Shown one piece after another: positions 7,309 through 17,667 of a DNA stretch of 64,000 nt. Origin of the DNA: Candidatus Anstonellaceae archaeon (GTDB taxonomy: Archaea; Micrarchaeota; Micrarchaeia; Anstonellales; Anstonellaceae); the NCBI GenBank assembly GCA_038891055.1, contig JAWAEU010000004.1, positions 18,865-82,864 on the forward strand, read 5' to 3'. Both the position numbers and the translations under genes were made by a program. The notes under the pieces are model-generated. The model had not been told where the DNA came from. It saw only the letters and a list, made by a program, of their open reading frames with translations, and ran no database searches. The first letter of the stretch is position 1. Each line of letters opens with the position of its first letter.

Positions 7309-9764
7309 TTGGAAGTTTGCCCTTGATTTTGATTATTCAAATCCTTAAATTCTTCCTCTTCGCCATATTCCAAATATTGCATAGCTATAATTTTTTCATT
7401 TTCTTCTAATTTCATAAGTCTTACTCCTTGAGTATTTCTAGAGATAATCGGAATATCTGAAAGTTTTATTCGTATTGCCCTATTAGTAGAAGAAACTAAT
7501 AAAATTTCATTTTCCCTATCTACTGCTTTTGCAGCAATTACTTTGCCATTTCGATCAGTAGTTTTAATATTTATTATTCCAAATCCTCCTCTTCCCTGTA
7601 TTTTGTATTTTTTAATATCTGTACACTTACCATATCCATTTTCACAAACAGTTAAAATAACAGCTTTATTGCACAAAGAGGCTGAGACAACATAATCGCC
7701 TTCTCTTAATGAAATTGCCTTTACTCCTTGAGCAACTCGTCCTATTTCTCTTATTTGACTTTCTTTAAATCTAATACTAAAACCATTTGAAGTAGCTATA
7801 AATATATCATTATCTCCATCTGAAACTAGCACTGCTATTAATTCGTCACCTTCTCTTAATTTTATTGCTTTTATTCCTCCTTTTCTTGGTTTGTCATACT
7901 CCTCTATCGAGGTTCTTTTTATCATTCCGTATTTTGTTATCATCAATAAATATTGGTTTTGTTTAAACTCTCTTAGAGCAATCATGGCAGTTATTCTATC
8001 GTTTTCAATCTCCAATAAATTTACAATTGGCTTTCCTATAGAATACCTTGACATTTTTGGAATCTTGTAAGCCTCTAGCCAATGTACCATACCTTTTTGA
8101 GTAAAAAATAAAATAGTATCCCGTGTACGGGCTATTAGTACATCTTTTATTAAATCATCTTCTTTTGTTTCACTACCAATTATTCCTTTTCCTCCCCTTC
8201 TTTGAAGTTTATATTCAGAAATTGAAATCGATTTTATATAATCTTTCTCTGTAAGAACTATAGCTACAGGTTCATCCGGGATTAGATCAGCAAAAGAGAT
8301 TTCTTGCTGTTCTTGCTCTACAATTAAAGTCCTTCTCTCATCACCATATTTTTCTTTTATCTCTTTCAATTCTCGAATAATTAATTCATCTACTTTGTTT
8401 TTGTCAGATAAAATACTTTGGAATTCTTCGATAGATTTTTTTAATTCTAAGTCTTCTGATTGGATTTTTTCTTGCTCTAAGGAGGTTAATTTAGACAATT
8501 TCATATCCAAAATGGCTTCTGCCTGTTTTTGAGTCAAAGCAAATTGGGCAATTAATTTCTCCTTAGCCTCTACACCATCTTTAGATTTTTTAATTAGGTT
8601 TAAGACCTCTTCTAAATTTTTTAAAGCTATTAATAAACCCTCCAATATATGTTTTTTTTCTTGTGCTACTTTTAAGAGATAAAGAGTTCTCTTTGTTATA
8701 ATCTCTCTTCTAAATTCTAAAAATTCTTCTAAGAGGCCCTTTAGAGATAAAACTTTAGGCTCTCCCTTTACAAGGGCTAAATTAATAATTCCAAAACTGC
8801 TCTGTAGTTGAGTTTTTGCATACAAATTAGATAAAACAACATTAGGATCTGCTTCTTTTTTTAGATATATTACTATTTCTATCCCTTCTTTATTAGATAA
8901 ATCCACAATATCTGCAATTCCTTCTATTTTTTTTTCTTTTACCATTGTTGCTATCTCCAAAACTAGAGCAGATTTATTTACCCCATAAGGAATTTGTGTT
9001 ATTTTAATTAGCTTTTTATTTTTATCTTCCACTATTTCTGCTTTCCCTTGAATATAAATTGTTCCTCTACCGCTCTTATAAGCCTGTAAAATTCTTGATT
9101 TGCCTAAAATAATTCCCCCTGTTGGAAAATCTGGACCTAAAATAAAATTAAAAAGTTCCTCAACTGAGCAATTTGGATTTTTTATTAGATATATTAAAGC
9201 ATCACAAACTTCTCCAAGGTTGTGAGGAGGGATATTAGTAGCCATTCCAACAGCTATTCCAGAAGAGCCATTTATCAATAAATTTGGAATTTTGGCTGGT
9301 AAAACAGCTGGCTCTTTTAGAGTGCCATCAAAATTTGGTAAAAAATCTACAGTCTCTTTATCCAAATCATCTAAAAGCTCTAAAGCTATTTTTTGTAGTC
9401 TTACTTCAGTATAACGCATAGCAGCTGCATTATCTCCATCTATTGAGCCAAAATTTCCCTGGCCTTCTATTAGTGAATAGCGCATAGAAAAGTCTTGTGC
9501 CATCCTTACCAAGCTAGAATAAATCGACATGTCCCCATGTGGATGAAACTTACCTAAAACTTCTCCAACTATTCTTGCAGATTTTTTATAGGGTTTATCA
9601 TGAAAATTTGACAATTCGTACATTGCAAAAAGAATTCTTCTGTGAACTGGTTTTAGACCATCTCTAACATCCGGTAAAGCTCTTCCAACTATAACTGACA
9701 TCGCATAATCTAAATAAGACTGAGAAACTTCTTCTTCTATTGCTCTTTTGTTAATAGTTGTCAT
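7305..9764 (-). CDS. gyrA: DNA gyrase subunit A
   Basis: DGLKPVHRR, HPHGD, AAMRYTE (catalytic Tyr), GyrA box QRRGGKG and beta-pinwheel repeats. Confidence 0.98.
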   Translation of the reverse strand: MTTINKRAIEEEVSQSYLDYAMSVIVGRALPDVRDGLKPVHRRILFAMYELSNFHDKPYKKSARIVGEVLGKFHPHGDMSIYSSLVRMAQDFSMRYSLIEGQGNFGSIDGDNAAAMRYTEVRLQKIALELLDDLDKETVDFLPNFDGTLKEPAVLPAKIPNLLINGSSGIAVGMATNIPPHNLGEVCDALIYLIKNPNCSVEELFNFILGPDFPTGGIILGKSRILQAYKSGRGTIYIQGKAEIVEDKNKKLIKITQIPYGVNKSALVLEIATMVKEKKIEGIADIVDLSNKEGIEIVIYLKKEADPNVVLSNLYAKTQLQSSFGIINLALVKGEPKVLSLKGLLEEFLEFRREIITKRTLYLLKVAQEKKHILEGLLIALKNLEEVLNLIKKSKDGVEAKEKLIAQFALTQKQAEAILDMKLSKLTSLEQEKIQSEDLELKKSIEEFQSILSDKNKVDELIIRELKEIKEKYGDERRTLIVEQEQQEISFADLIPDEPVAIVLTEKDYIKSISISEYKLQRRGGKGIIGSETKEDDLIKDVLIARTRDTILFFTQKGMVHWLEAYKIPKMSRYSIGKPIVNLLEIENDRITAMIALREFKQNQYLLMITKYGMIKRTSIEEYDKPRKGGIKAIKLREGDELIAVLVSDGDNDIFIATSNGFSIRFKESQIREIGRVAQGVKAISLREGDYVVSASLCNKAVILTVCENGYGKCTDIKKYKIQGRGGFGIINIKTTDRNGKVIAAKAVDRENEILLVSSTNRAIRIKLSDIPIISRNTQGVRLMKLEENEKIIAMQYLEYGEEEEFKDLNNQNQGQTSN

Positions 9765-9775
9765 AAAATCACAAT

Positions 9776-11710
9776 TTATATATCTAGATTTCTAACATTT
9801 TTTGCATGAGCAGAAATATATTGCTTTCTTGGCTCTACATCTTCTCCTAATAAAATTTCAAAGATTTCATTTGCCTTTTTTGCATCTTCTATTGTAACTT
9901 GAATTAGATTTCTATTTTTTGGATCCATAGTAGTTTGCCAAAGCTGCTGTGGATTCATTTCTCCTAAACCCTTATAGCGCTGGGAATGATAATTCTTTGG
10001 ATTAGAAAGTTGAGCTAAGGTTTCTTCTAATTCTTTATCAGAATAAATGTATTTTTCAAAATTACCTACTTTTAGTTTGTATAGAGGAGGTTGAGCAATA
10101 AAAATATGGCCCTTTTCTATCAATGGCTTTAGATATCTATAAAACAAAGTAAGTAAAAGTGTGCGGATATGAGAACCATCCACATCTGCATCTGTCATTA
10201 TTATTATCTTGTGATACCTTAATTTTGAAATATCAAAATTTTCTGCAAAACCAGTGCCGATTGCACTTATTAAGTTTTTTATCTCTTTTGATTGCAGAAT
10301 TTTTATTAATGAAGCTTTTTCGACATTTAGAATTTTTCCTCTTAGAGGTAATACAGCTTGTATCTTTCTATCTCTTGCCTGTTTTGCGCTTCCTCCGGCA
10401 GAGTCTCCCTCAACTATAAAAAGTTCACAAATTGTTGGATCTTGCTCTGAGCAATCAGCCAATTTTCCTGGCAATATAGTACTTTCTAGAGCTCCTTTTC
10501 TTCTTACAAGCTCTCTTGATTTTTGAGCCGCTAGTCTTGCCTGAAAAGTCAAAATTACTTTTTGGCAAATGGCATTTGCTTCTGAAGGGTGCTCCTCAAA
10601 ATAAGTTTTTAATTCTTCTGAAATTATTGATTCTACTAAACCTTTTACTGCTGAATTTGCTAATTTTGTTTTTGTTTGCCCTTCGAAGTTTGGGTTTGGG
10701 ATTTTTATTGATAAGATTGCATTTAAGCCCTCTTTTATATCCTCGCTATTTGGAAAATCTTCCTCCTCTTTTAATAACTGATTCGAGCGAATATATCCTA
10801 AAATTACTTTTGCAAGTGCACTTTTAAGTCCTGCCAGATGAGTACCACCATCTATTGTATTAATAGAATTAACATAAGTCAAAATGTTTTCCGAATAATC
10901 ATTGCAATATTGAATACATACCTCAAGCCAAAAATCTCCTTTTGATTTATTTATATAAATTAAGGGGTGGAGAGGAGATTTTAAGTGTGTAATTTTTGTC
11001 AAATACTCGATTATTCCACCGCTATAGTGATATAATTCTTTTTTAGCTGCTTTTTTATCTTCAAAGATTATTCTAATCCCCTTATTTAAATATGCTAATT
11101 CTTCTAACCTTTTTGAAATTATTTTTGGATCAAATTCTATAGATTCAAAAATTTCTTTATCTGGCAAAAATGTAACAGTAGTTCCACTCTCTGTAGTGGT
11201 ACCTATTTCCTTAACTTCAGTTACTGCTACCCCTTTTTCATATCTTTGATAATAAATTTTTCCATTTCTTTTTACTTTAACTTCGCACCATTGTGAAAGA
11301 GCATTAACAACTGATACTCCAACTCCATGCAACCCTCCAGAGACTTTATAAACTTTATTGGAAAATTTTCCACCTGCATGTAAAACAGTCATTACTACCT
11401 CTAAGGCTGATTTTCCAACTTTATGCTTTTCCACAGGAATTCCTCTCCCATCATCTTCAACAGAAACCGAACCATCTTCATTTAAAGTTACTTTTATTTG
11501 TTTGCAAAAACCAGCTAAAGCCTCATCTATTGAATTATCCACAACCTCAAAAATAAGATGATGAAGCCCCCTAATTCCAATATCTCCAATATACATAGCT
11601 GGCCTTTTTCTCACTCCTTTTAGGCCATCTAAAACTTCAATATGCTCTGCACTATACTCCCCAGAATTTTCTATATCTATTTTTAAATCTTGTGATTTGT
11701 TTTCATCCAT
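9776..11710 (-). CDS. gyrB: DNA gyrase subunit B
   Basis: EVVDNSIDE, DDGRGIP, GGLHGVG, EGDSAGG, DADVDG and YKGLGEM. Confidence 0.98.
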   Translation of the reverse strand: MDENKSQDLKIDIENSGEYSAEHIEVLDGLKGVRKRPAMYIGDIGIRGLHHLIFEVVDNSIDEALAGFCKQIKVTLNEDGSVSVEDDGRGIPVEKHKVGKSALEVVMTVLHAGGKFSNKVYKVSGGLHGVGVSVVNALSQWCEVKVKRNGKIYYQRYEKGVAVTEVKEIGTTTESGTTVTFLPDKEIFESIEFDPKIISKRLEELAYLNKGIRIIFEDKKAAKKELYHYSGGIIEYLTKITHLKSPLHPLIYINKSKGDFWLEVCIQYCNDYSENILTYVNSINTIDGGTHLAGLKSALAKVILGYIRSNQLLKEEEDFPNSEDIKEGLNAILSIKIPNPNFEGQTKTKLANSAVKGLVESIISEELKTYFEEHPSEANAICQKVILTFQARLAAQKSRELVRRKGALESTILPGKLADCSEQDPTICELFIVEGDSAGGSAKQARDRKIQAVLPLRGKILNVEKASLIKILQSKEIKNLISAIGTGFAENFDISKLRYHKIIIMTDADVDGSHIRTLLLTLFYRYLKPLIEKGHIFIAQPPLYKLKVGNFEKYIYSDKELEETLAQLSNPKNYHSQRYKGLGEMNPQQLWQTTMDPKNRNLIQVTIEDAKKANEIFEILLGEDVEPRKQYISAHAKNVRNLDI

Positions 11711-11755
11711 TTTTTAACCTCTAAAGCAAAAAAATACAGCTAAAGTTTTTTGATT

Positions 11756-11781
11756 TTTTTAGAATAGAAATATTCTAAAAA
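11756..11781. repeat. 11-bp inverted repeat upstream of gyrB
   Basis: TTTTTAGAATA-GAAA-TATTCTAAAAA. Confidence 0.6.
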
Positions 11782-11831
11782 TATTTGGAAACCAAACTTT
11801 ATAAACTATTCTTTAGTTGTTTTAATCACCC

Positions 11832-11869
11832 GAAAAATTTATAAATATTAGAAAAATTTATAAATATTA
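11832..11869 (+). promoter_or_regulatory. 19-bp tandem duplication of a BRE/TATA-like element
   Basis: GAAAAATTTATAAATATTA twice, in the divergent intergenic region. Confidence 0.6.
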
Positions 11870-11895
11870 AAAATATACCTAGAAAAAATTAGGAG

Positions 11896-12414
11896 GTGAA
11901 AAAGTTGTTATTTCAAATTTTTCAGACAAAAATTCAAGAAAATCAAAAAGAAAAAAACCAACAAAATTTAGAACAAAATTTTAATAATTTTATGAAAGAA
12001 TTAAAAGATATTTTATATCCAAAAAAATTTAATGACTCTGAAAATGTTGCAAACTATATTAAGATAGAAGAAGTTTTGAAAAGATTGAAAAAAGAGGACC
12101 CAGAGAAATATGAACAATTACAAAAAACAATAAAAGAATATGGAGCTTTACTAACTTTCTTTGTTAAGAAAAATAAAAACAACTATTATTTGGCTGCTTC
12201 ATTTTTTAAATTTTTGAGTATATTGACAGAGAACTTTGAAAATTTGCAGAGACTAAAAGGAAAATCACCTGAGCTAACTAATAATAAAGAATTTTTCGAG
12301 TATATGGCTGAACTTGTAAAAAAGGATATGTACGATGCTTCAAAGGAGATAGAAGAACTTTATCGATTGAATGAAGAAGAATTAGCAAACAGATTCGCTA
12401 AAAAAAAGAAATAA
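11896..12414 (+). CDS. Hypothetical helical protein
   Basis: 172-aa ORF with GGAGG SD-like sequence. No family recognised. Confidence 0.6.
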   Translation: MKKLLFQIFQTKIQENQKEKNQQNLEQNFNNFMKELKDILYPKKFNDSENVANYIKIEEVLKRLKKEDPEKYEQLQKTIKEYGALLTFFVKKNKNNYYLAASFFKFLSILTENFENLQRLKGKSPELTNNKEFFEYMAELVKKDMYDASKEIEELYRLNEEELANRFAKKKK

Positions 12415-12517
12415 ACTAAAAATTTATAATTTATTTTTTAAATTTACTAAAAAACCTACATTTATTAATTTTTATATTGATTATATTTTATCAATAAATT
12501 AATTAAAGGTGTAGCAT

Positions 12518-13066
12518 ATGGCAGGATTGAGACCAGCAAGAACTTGTAGGGATTTAGATAAAGTTGCTTGGACGAGGTTTTCATATAAAAAACCATCTAA
12601 ATCTTATATTAGTTCTATGCCTCATACAAATCTATTAAATTTTAGAATGGGAGTACAAAAACCAGAATATAATGTAGAATATGAATTAGTTTCAAAGCAG
12701 CCTATTCAATTGAGAGACAATGCTTTGGAAGCAGGAAGACAGGCAGCAAACAAATATTTAGAAAAAACAATCCCCAATAATTATTATTTTCATCTAAGAG
12801 TGATATGCCATCATGTAATTAGAGAAAATAAAATGATTGCTGGTGCAGGAGCAGATAGATTACAAAAAGGTATGAGGCATTCCTTTGGAAGACCTACTGA
12901 TAGAGCTGCCAGAATTAAAAAAAATCAAGCTATTTTGAGCATTAAGACTTTAGAAGAAAATGAAAAATTTGTAAAAGAAGCTTTGAGAAGAATGAGACTT
13001 AAGATATCTGGAAAATGGACGATAAGAAAAAAGATGATAAAAGATGAACAGTCAGGAGAAGATTAG
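12518..13066 (+). CDS. rpl10e: 50S ribosomal protein uL16 (L10e)
   Basis: LRPART, QLRDNALEAGR and RENKMIAGAGADRLQKGMRHSFGRP. Confidence 0.97.
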   Translation: MAGLRPARTCRDLDKVAWTRFSYKKPSKSYISSMPHTNLLNFRMGVQKPEYNVEYELVSKQPIQLRDNALEAGRQAANKYLEKTIPNNYYFHLRVICHHVIRENKMIAGAGADRLQKGMRHSFGRPTDRAARIKKNQAILSIKTLEENEKFVKEALRRMRLKISGKWTIRKKMIKDEQSGED

Positions 13067-13547
13067 CACTGAAATAGATAGACTATTAGAAATATTTCAA
13101 AACAATCCAAATAAAAAATTTGAATATAAAAAACTCAAAGAGCAGATCGCCCTACCTGATAAAATTCTAAAAAATTTTTTAAATATTTTGAAAACAGAAG
13201 GTTATATTGAGGTCGAATACAAAATTAGAGAAGAATACTATTTTTTAAAAAAAGAAAAGAAAAAAACAGAAGAACATCAAAAAGTAATTTTTAAAGAAAT
13301 CCCTCAAATTTCCACTAAACAAAATAAAGAAAGAGAGATATATGAAAAAATAGAAAAAATGCTTGAAGTTCTTTTAGATAAAAAAACTAAATATTTGGAG
13401 TTAAAGGAAAAGAGGAAGGAATACTTAAAAAAAGTAGGGGCAAAAAATTTAGGAAAAATAAAAATCGAGCAAGATATTAAAAAAATAAAAGGTGAAATTA
13501 AGCTATTAATAAAAGAAATAAAATCTTATATAAAAAATATAAAATAA
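13044..13547 (+). CDS. Hypothetical protein, N-terminal winged-helix-like domain plus coiled coil
   Basis: LNILKTEGYIEVEY fits a wHTH helix/wing pattern; K/E-rich tail. Confidence 0.55.
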   Translation: MNSQEKISTEIDRLLEIFQNNPNKKFEYKKLKEQIALPDKILKNFLNILKTEGYIEVEYKIREEYYFLKKEKKKTEEHQKVIFKEIPQISTKQNKEREIYEKIEKMLEVLLDKKTKYLELKEKRKEYLKKVGAKNLGKIKIEQDIKKIKGEIKLLIKEIKSYIKNIK

Positions 13548-13566
13548 AAAGAGAACTAAAATAAAA

Positions 13567-14157
13567 TTATTGAGAAGAACATTTTCCTCCTATTTGTTTT
13601 TGACCTCTAAATGAAAGTGAAGTGAAATAAGGTGTATCATAATAAATCGTTAAATAATTTAAAAACTTATCTGGAGCAGTGAGTGGGGTAATGGAAGAAT
13701 TGGAACATGCCACTGAAGTGCGCAGATACACTGCCTTTTTTTCTCCTGGGAAAAAAGAAATATTCAATCCATTTGAAGTTCCAGGCCCTGCAGTTCCATA
13801 TAAGGTTAAACCAGAACTAGACCCAGAAGTAGAATGATTTGCATAAACATAAAAAACTGTTTCTGAGCCATAAGGTTCTAAAACAAAGTTCCTAATGGTT
13901 ATTGGTTTAGAATCTACATTTTCTAATAATAATGCTATTTCTCCCAAAGTGGGATAAGAAGAATAAAAATAACCCTGCATTTGGATTATTCTAATTGGAG
14001 CTGCTTCTGCTGACCAATAAACTTCAAGTTGTTTTTGATTTATTTCAGAAGAAGATTGTACAAAAAATAAAGAGATACTTATTACTACTAAGCTAATTAA
14101 TAAAACCACTGCTAAAATCACTAAAAACTCGGCCGAAAGTTGTGCTTTCATTTTCAT
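13567..14157 (-). CDS. Class III signal peptide (archaeal pilin-like) protein
   Basis: MKAQLSAEFLVILAVVL cleavage motif. Confidence 0.8.
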   Translation of the reverse strand: MKMKAQLSAEFLVILAVVLLISLVVISISLFFVQSSSEINQKQLEVYWSAEAAPIRIIQMQGYFYSSYPTLGEIALLLENVDSKPITIRNFVLEPYGSETVFYVYANHSTSGSSSGLTLYGTAGPGTSNGLNISFFPGEKKAVYLRTSVACSNSSITPLTAPDKFLNYLTIYYDTPYFTSLSFRGQKQIGGKCSSQ

Positions 14158-14215
14158 TTTTAAACCTCGGACGAAAAAATAAATTAATTAAAATTTAAAA
14201 AATTATCTAATTTTT

Positions 14216-14767
14216 TTAATCGATACAATTAATTACCACCCCAAAGACAGGACTATAGTTTATAGAAGAAAAATTTTCTAAAGAATAGTTAAACTCAATC
14301 CTACTTTCAAAAAAAGTAGTACAATTTGCAAATTCTAAATTTGGTTCAGAAACTATCGATAACTCTTCAAATGGTTTGAGAAAGATGCTACACACACAAT
14401 CAGAGTTGCTGCAAGAACTAGGATTACAAAGAGCACTACCAACCCCTTCCCAAGAATTAGAGTCATAAGAAAAAAAACCGATCTTTTTTCCATTCAAAAA
14501 AATAGACCTAATAGTCATATTTTGCTCTATTTTTGAATTTAAAACTAAATATAACCTAGCACTAGACTTTTTATAAAAAACTTCTCTAATTGCAATAGGC
14601 TTAGAATTTTCCAAAAATTCTTTTTTTATTTTACTTACAGAACTAATATTGACAGAGGGAAAAAAATTAAATAAGGCAGCCACTACTAAAGTGATTAATA
14701 ATACAACAGCTAAGATTATCAAATATTCTGTAGTAATTTGCCCTCTGCTCCATCTTTCTTTTTTCAT
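14216..14767 (-). CDS. Class III signal peptide (archaeal pilin-like) protein
   Basis: RGQITTEYLIILAVVL cleavage motif; Cys-rich loop. Confidence 0.8.
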   Translation of the reverse strand: MKKERWSRGQITTEYLIILAVVLLITLVVAALFNFFPSVNISSVSKIKKEFLENSKPIAIREVFYKKSSARLYLVLNSKIEQNMTIRSIFLNGKKIGFFSYDSNSWEGVGSALCNPSSCSNSDCVCSIFLKPFEELSIVSEPNLEFANCTTFFESRIEFNYSLENFSSINYSPVFGVVINCID

Positions 14768-14793
14768 GAGTATAATAATAAATTAACAATAAA

Positions 14794-15402
14794 TTATCTT
14801 GCAGCCTTTGCCATTCTTTCTGTTTCATCTTTCTTTTTAATAGCATAAGAATTTTGAGAATCTCCTTTTGCTGCATATTCTATCTCATCAGCTAATACTT
14901 CTGCCATTGATTTTTTGTTATCAAATGAGCCCATAATAGCTGCAAGTGCGATATTTCTTAATGCAACATCCAATCTTCTTAAAGCTGAGATATCAACAGA
15001 AACTTGATAAGATACACCACCAAAAGAAACCCTTGTAAAATCTTCTCTGGGGGCAGCATTTTGAATTGCATTTATTAGAAGTTGAATTGGATTTTGCTTT
15101 GTTCTTTTTTCTAATATTTCAAAAGCCTCTTTTACAATTTTAATTGCTTTTGTCTTCTGTCCTTGCATCTTTCCATGAGTTCGAATTACTTTTCCTGCAG
15201 TCTTTCTTCCAGTACCTCCACGCATTAATTTATTTATAAGTCTTTCTACTACGTTTACTTTTGATTTTTCAAATGGTTTTTTTGCATGTCTTCCAAACGA
15301 ATGTGGTATTACTACTGGATTTAGAGATATATATTTTACTAAAGAAGGATCAGAAACTTTAACAGATTCAAAATCATATTTTGAAAATAACAATTTTTTC
15401 AT
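14794..15402 (-). CDS. rps7: 30S ribosomal protein uS7
   Basis: VERLINKLMR, NPIQLL, AAPRED and AIKKKDETERMAKAAR. Confidence 0.97.
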   Translation of the reverse strand: MKKLLFSKYDFESVKVSDPSLVKYISLNPVVIPHSFGRHAKKPFEKSKVNVVERLINKLMRGGTGRKTAGKVIRTHGKMQGQKTKAIKIVKEAFEILEKRTKQNPIQLLINAIQNAAPREDFTRVSFGGVSYQVSVDISALRRLDVALRNIALAAIMGSFDNKKSMAEVLADEIEYAAKGDSQNSYAIKKKDETERMAKAAR

Positions 15403-15411
15403 ATTCTCACC

Positions 15412-15840
15412 TTATCTCTTTGGCTTCTCCTTTCTTTTTCTTACAAGCTGTTGCAAATCAACTCCATTTACTTTTACTACCTTATATCTCACACCAGGAA
15501 TAGAGCCCATCTGACCTCTTTGAGAGCCACCCAAACCTTCGATTACGACCTCGTCGTGTTCATCGATATAATTTATAGCACCATTTCTTGGAGCATGAGC
15601 AGTGACCATTTTACCATTTTTTATTAGCTGGACTTTTACACATTTTATAAGGCCTGAGTGTGGCTGCTTTTGTTCCAATTGCTTTTTTTCAATGACAATT
15701 CCTTTTGCCTGTGGAGATCCTTCAAGAGGATCGTATTTTTCCTTTAATTTTAATTTCTTTCTTTTCCATGGTTTTTTTAACCATTTTTGCCTTTTTCTTT
15801 TTCTTAAAATTTCTCTACCTGCAAATTCTCCTCTAGCCAT
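15412..15840 (-). CDS. rps12: 30S ribosomal protein uS12 (divergent motifs)
   Basis: [32 protein letters not shown] and IPGVRYKV. Confidence 0.97.
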   Translation of the reverse strand: MARGEFAGREILRKRKRQKWLKKPWKRKKLKLKEKYDPLEGSPQAKGIVIEKKQLEQKQPHSGLIKCVKVQLIKNGKMVTAHAPRNGAINYIDEHDEVVIEGLGGSQRGQMGSIPGVRYKVVKVNGVDLQQLVRKRKEKPKR

Positions 15841-15855
15841 TAAAATTCACCTATT

Positions 15856-16278
15856 TTATTTAGTATATAAGCGTAATTCGCAATTAAATTTCCTTTTTAA
15901 TAAAGCCTGATGTAGCTTTATTCTATTTCCATTTTTTCCAATAGCTATCCCCCGATCATTTGGATCGATAGTAACATACACTATCTTATTATTCATTTTT
16001 TCATGGATATTTATATTTTTTATGTTAACTGGATTAAAAATGTTTCTTATAAACTGCTCCAAATTGTCAGTCTCCTCAAAAATCAAAACCTGTCTTGCAA
16101 ATGCCTGTCTTACTTTTGTTATTTTTGAACCTTTTTTTCCGATTGCCTTTCCCATTAGAGAAAAAGGCACAAAAAAAACTACTGCGTTTGGAGAGATATA
16201 AACGTCAGATGGTACTACTCCAGTTATTTTCTCAAAAATTGAAATTGCCTTTAGTTCATTATTAGACAGCTCTAACAT
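15856..16278 (-). CDS. nusA: Archaeal NusA (two KH domains)
   Basis: GKAIGKKG and GIAIGKNG; conserved position in the operon. Confidence 0.93.
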   Translation of the reverse strand: MLELSNNELKAISIFEKITGVVPSDVYISPNAVVFFVPFSLMGKAIGKKGSKITKVRQAFARQVLIFEETDNLEQFIRNIFNPVNIKNINIHEKMNNKIVYVTIDPNDRGIAIGKNGNRIKLHQALLKRKFNCELRLYTK

Positions 16279-16287
16279 AAAGATCTA

Positions 16288-16605
16288 CTATTTTTTTAAA
16301 AGTTCTAAAATATTTGAGTTTCCTGGACTTTCTACCACTATCGCTGAAACCAAAAAAGGTTTCCCGCATAATGAGCCGAGCTCCTTTGAATTTAGAGAAC
16401 TACTATAAACCAAAATATTTGACAGCTTAGCATACTTTTTTATATCTTGAGCTTCTTCAGGCGGTGCAGAAGAAGAAAGAATAATTAATTTTCCTTTTCC
16501 TAAAAGTGCATGTTTTATACCGCTCCTCAAACCAAATTTTACCTTTCCACTATCTACACATAATCTAATTGCTTTATTTATTTCTGCTTCAGCAACTTTT
16601 GTCAT
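16288..16605 (-). CDS. rpl30e: 50S ribosomal protein eL30
   Basis: DSGKVKFG, ELGSLCGKPF and PGNSNIL. Confidence 0.95.
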   Translation of the reverse strand: MTKVAEAEINKAIRLCVDSGKVKFGLRSGIKHALLGKGKLIILSSSAPPEEAQDIKKYAKLSNILVYSSSLNSKELGSLCGKPFLVSAIVVESPGNSNILELLKK

Positions 16606-16629
16606 AAAAACCAACCCTCCACTAATATT

Positions 16630-17667
<1,038 letters not shown>

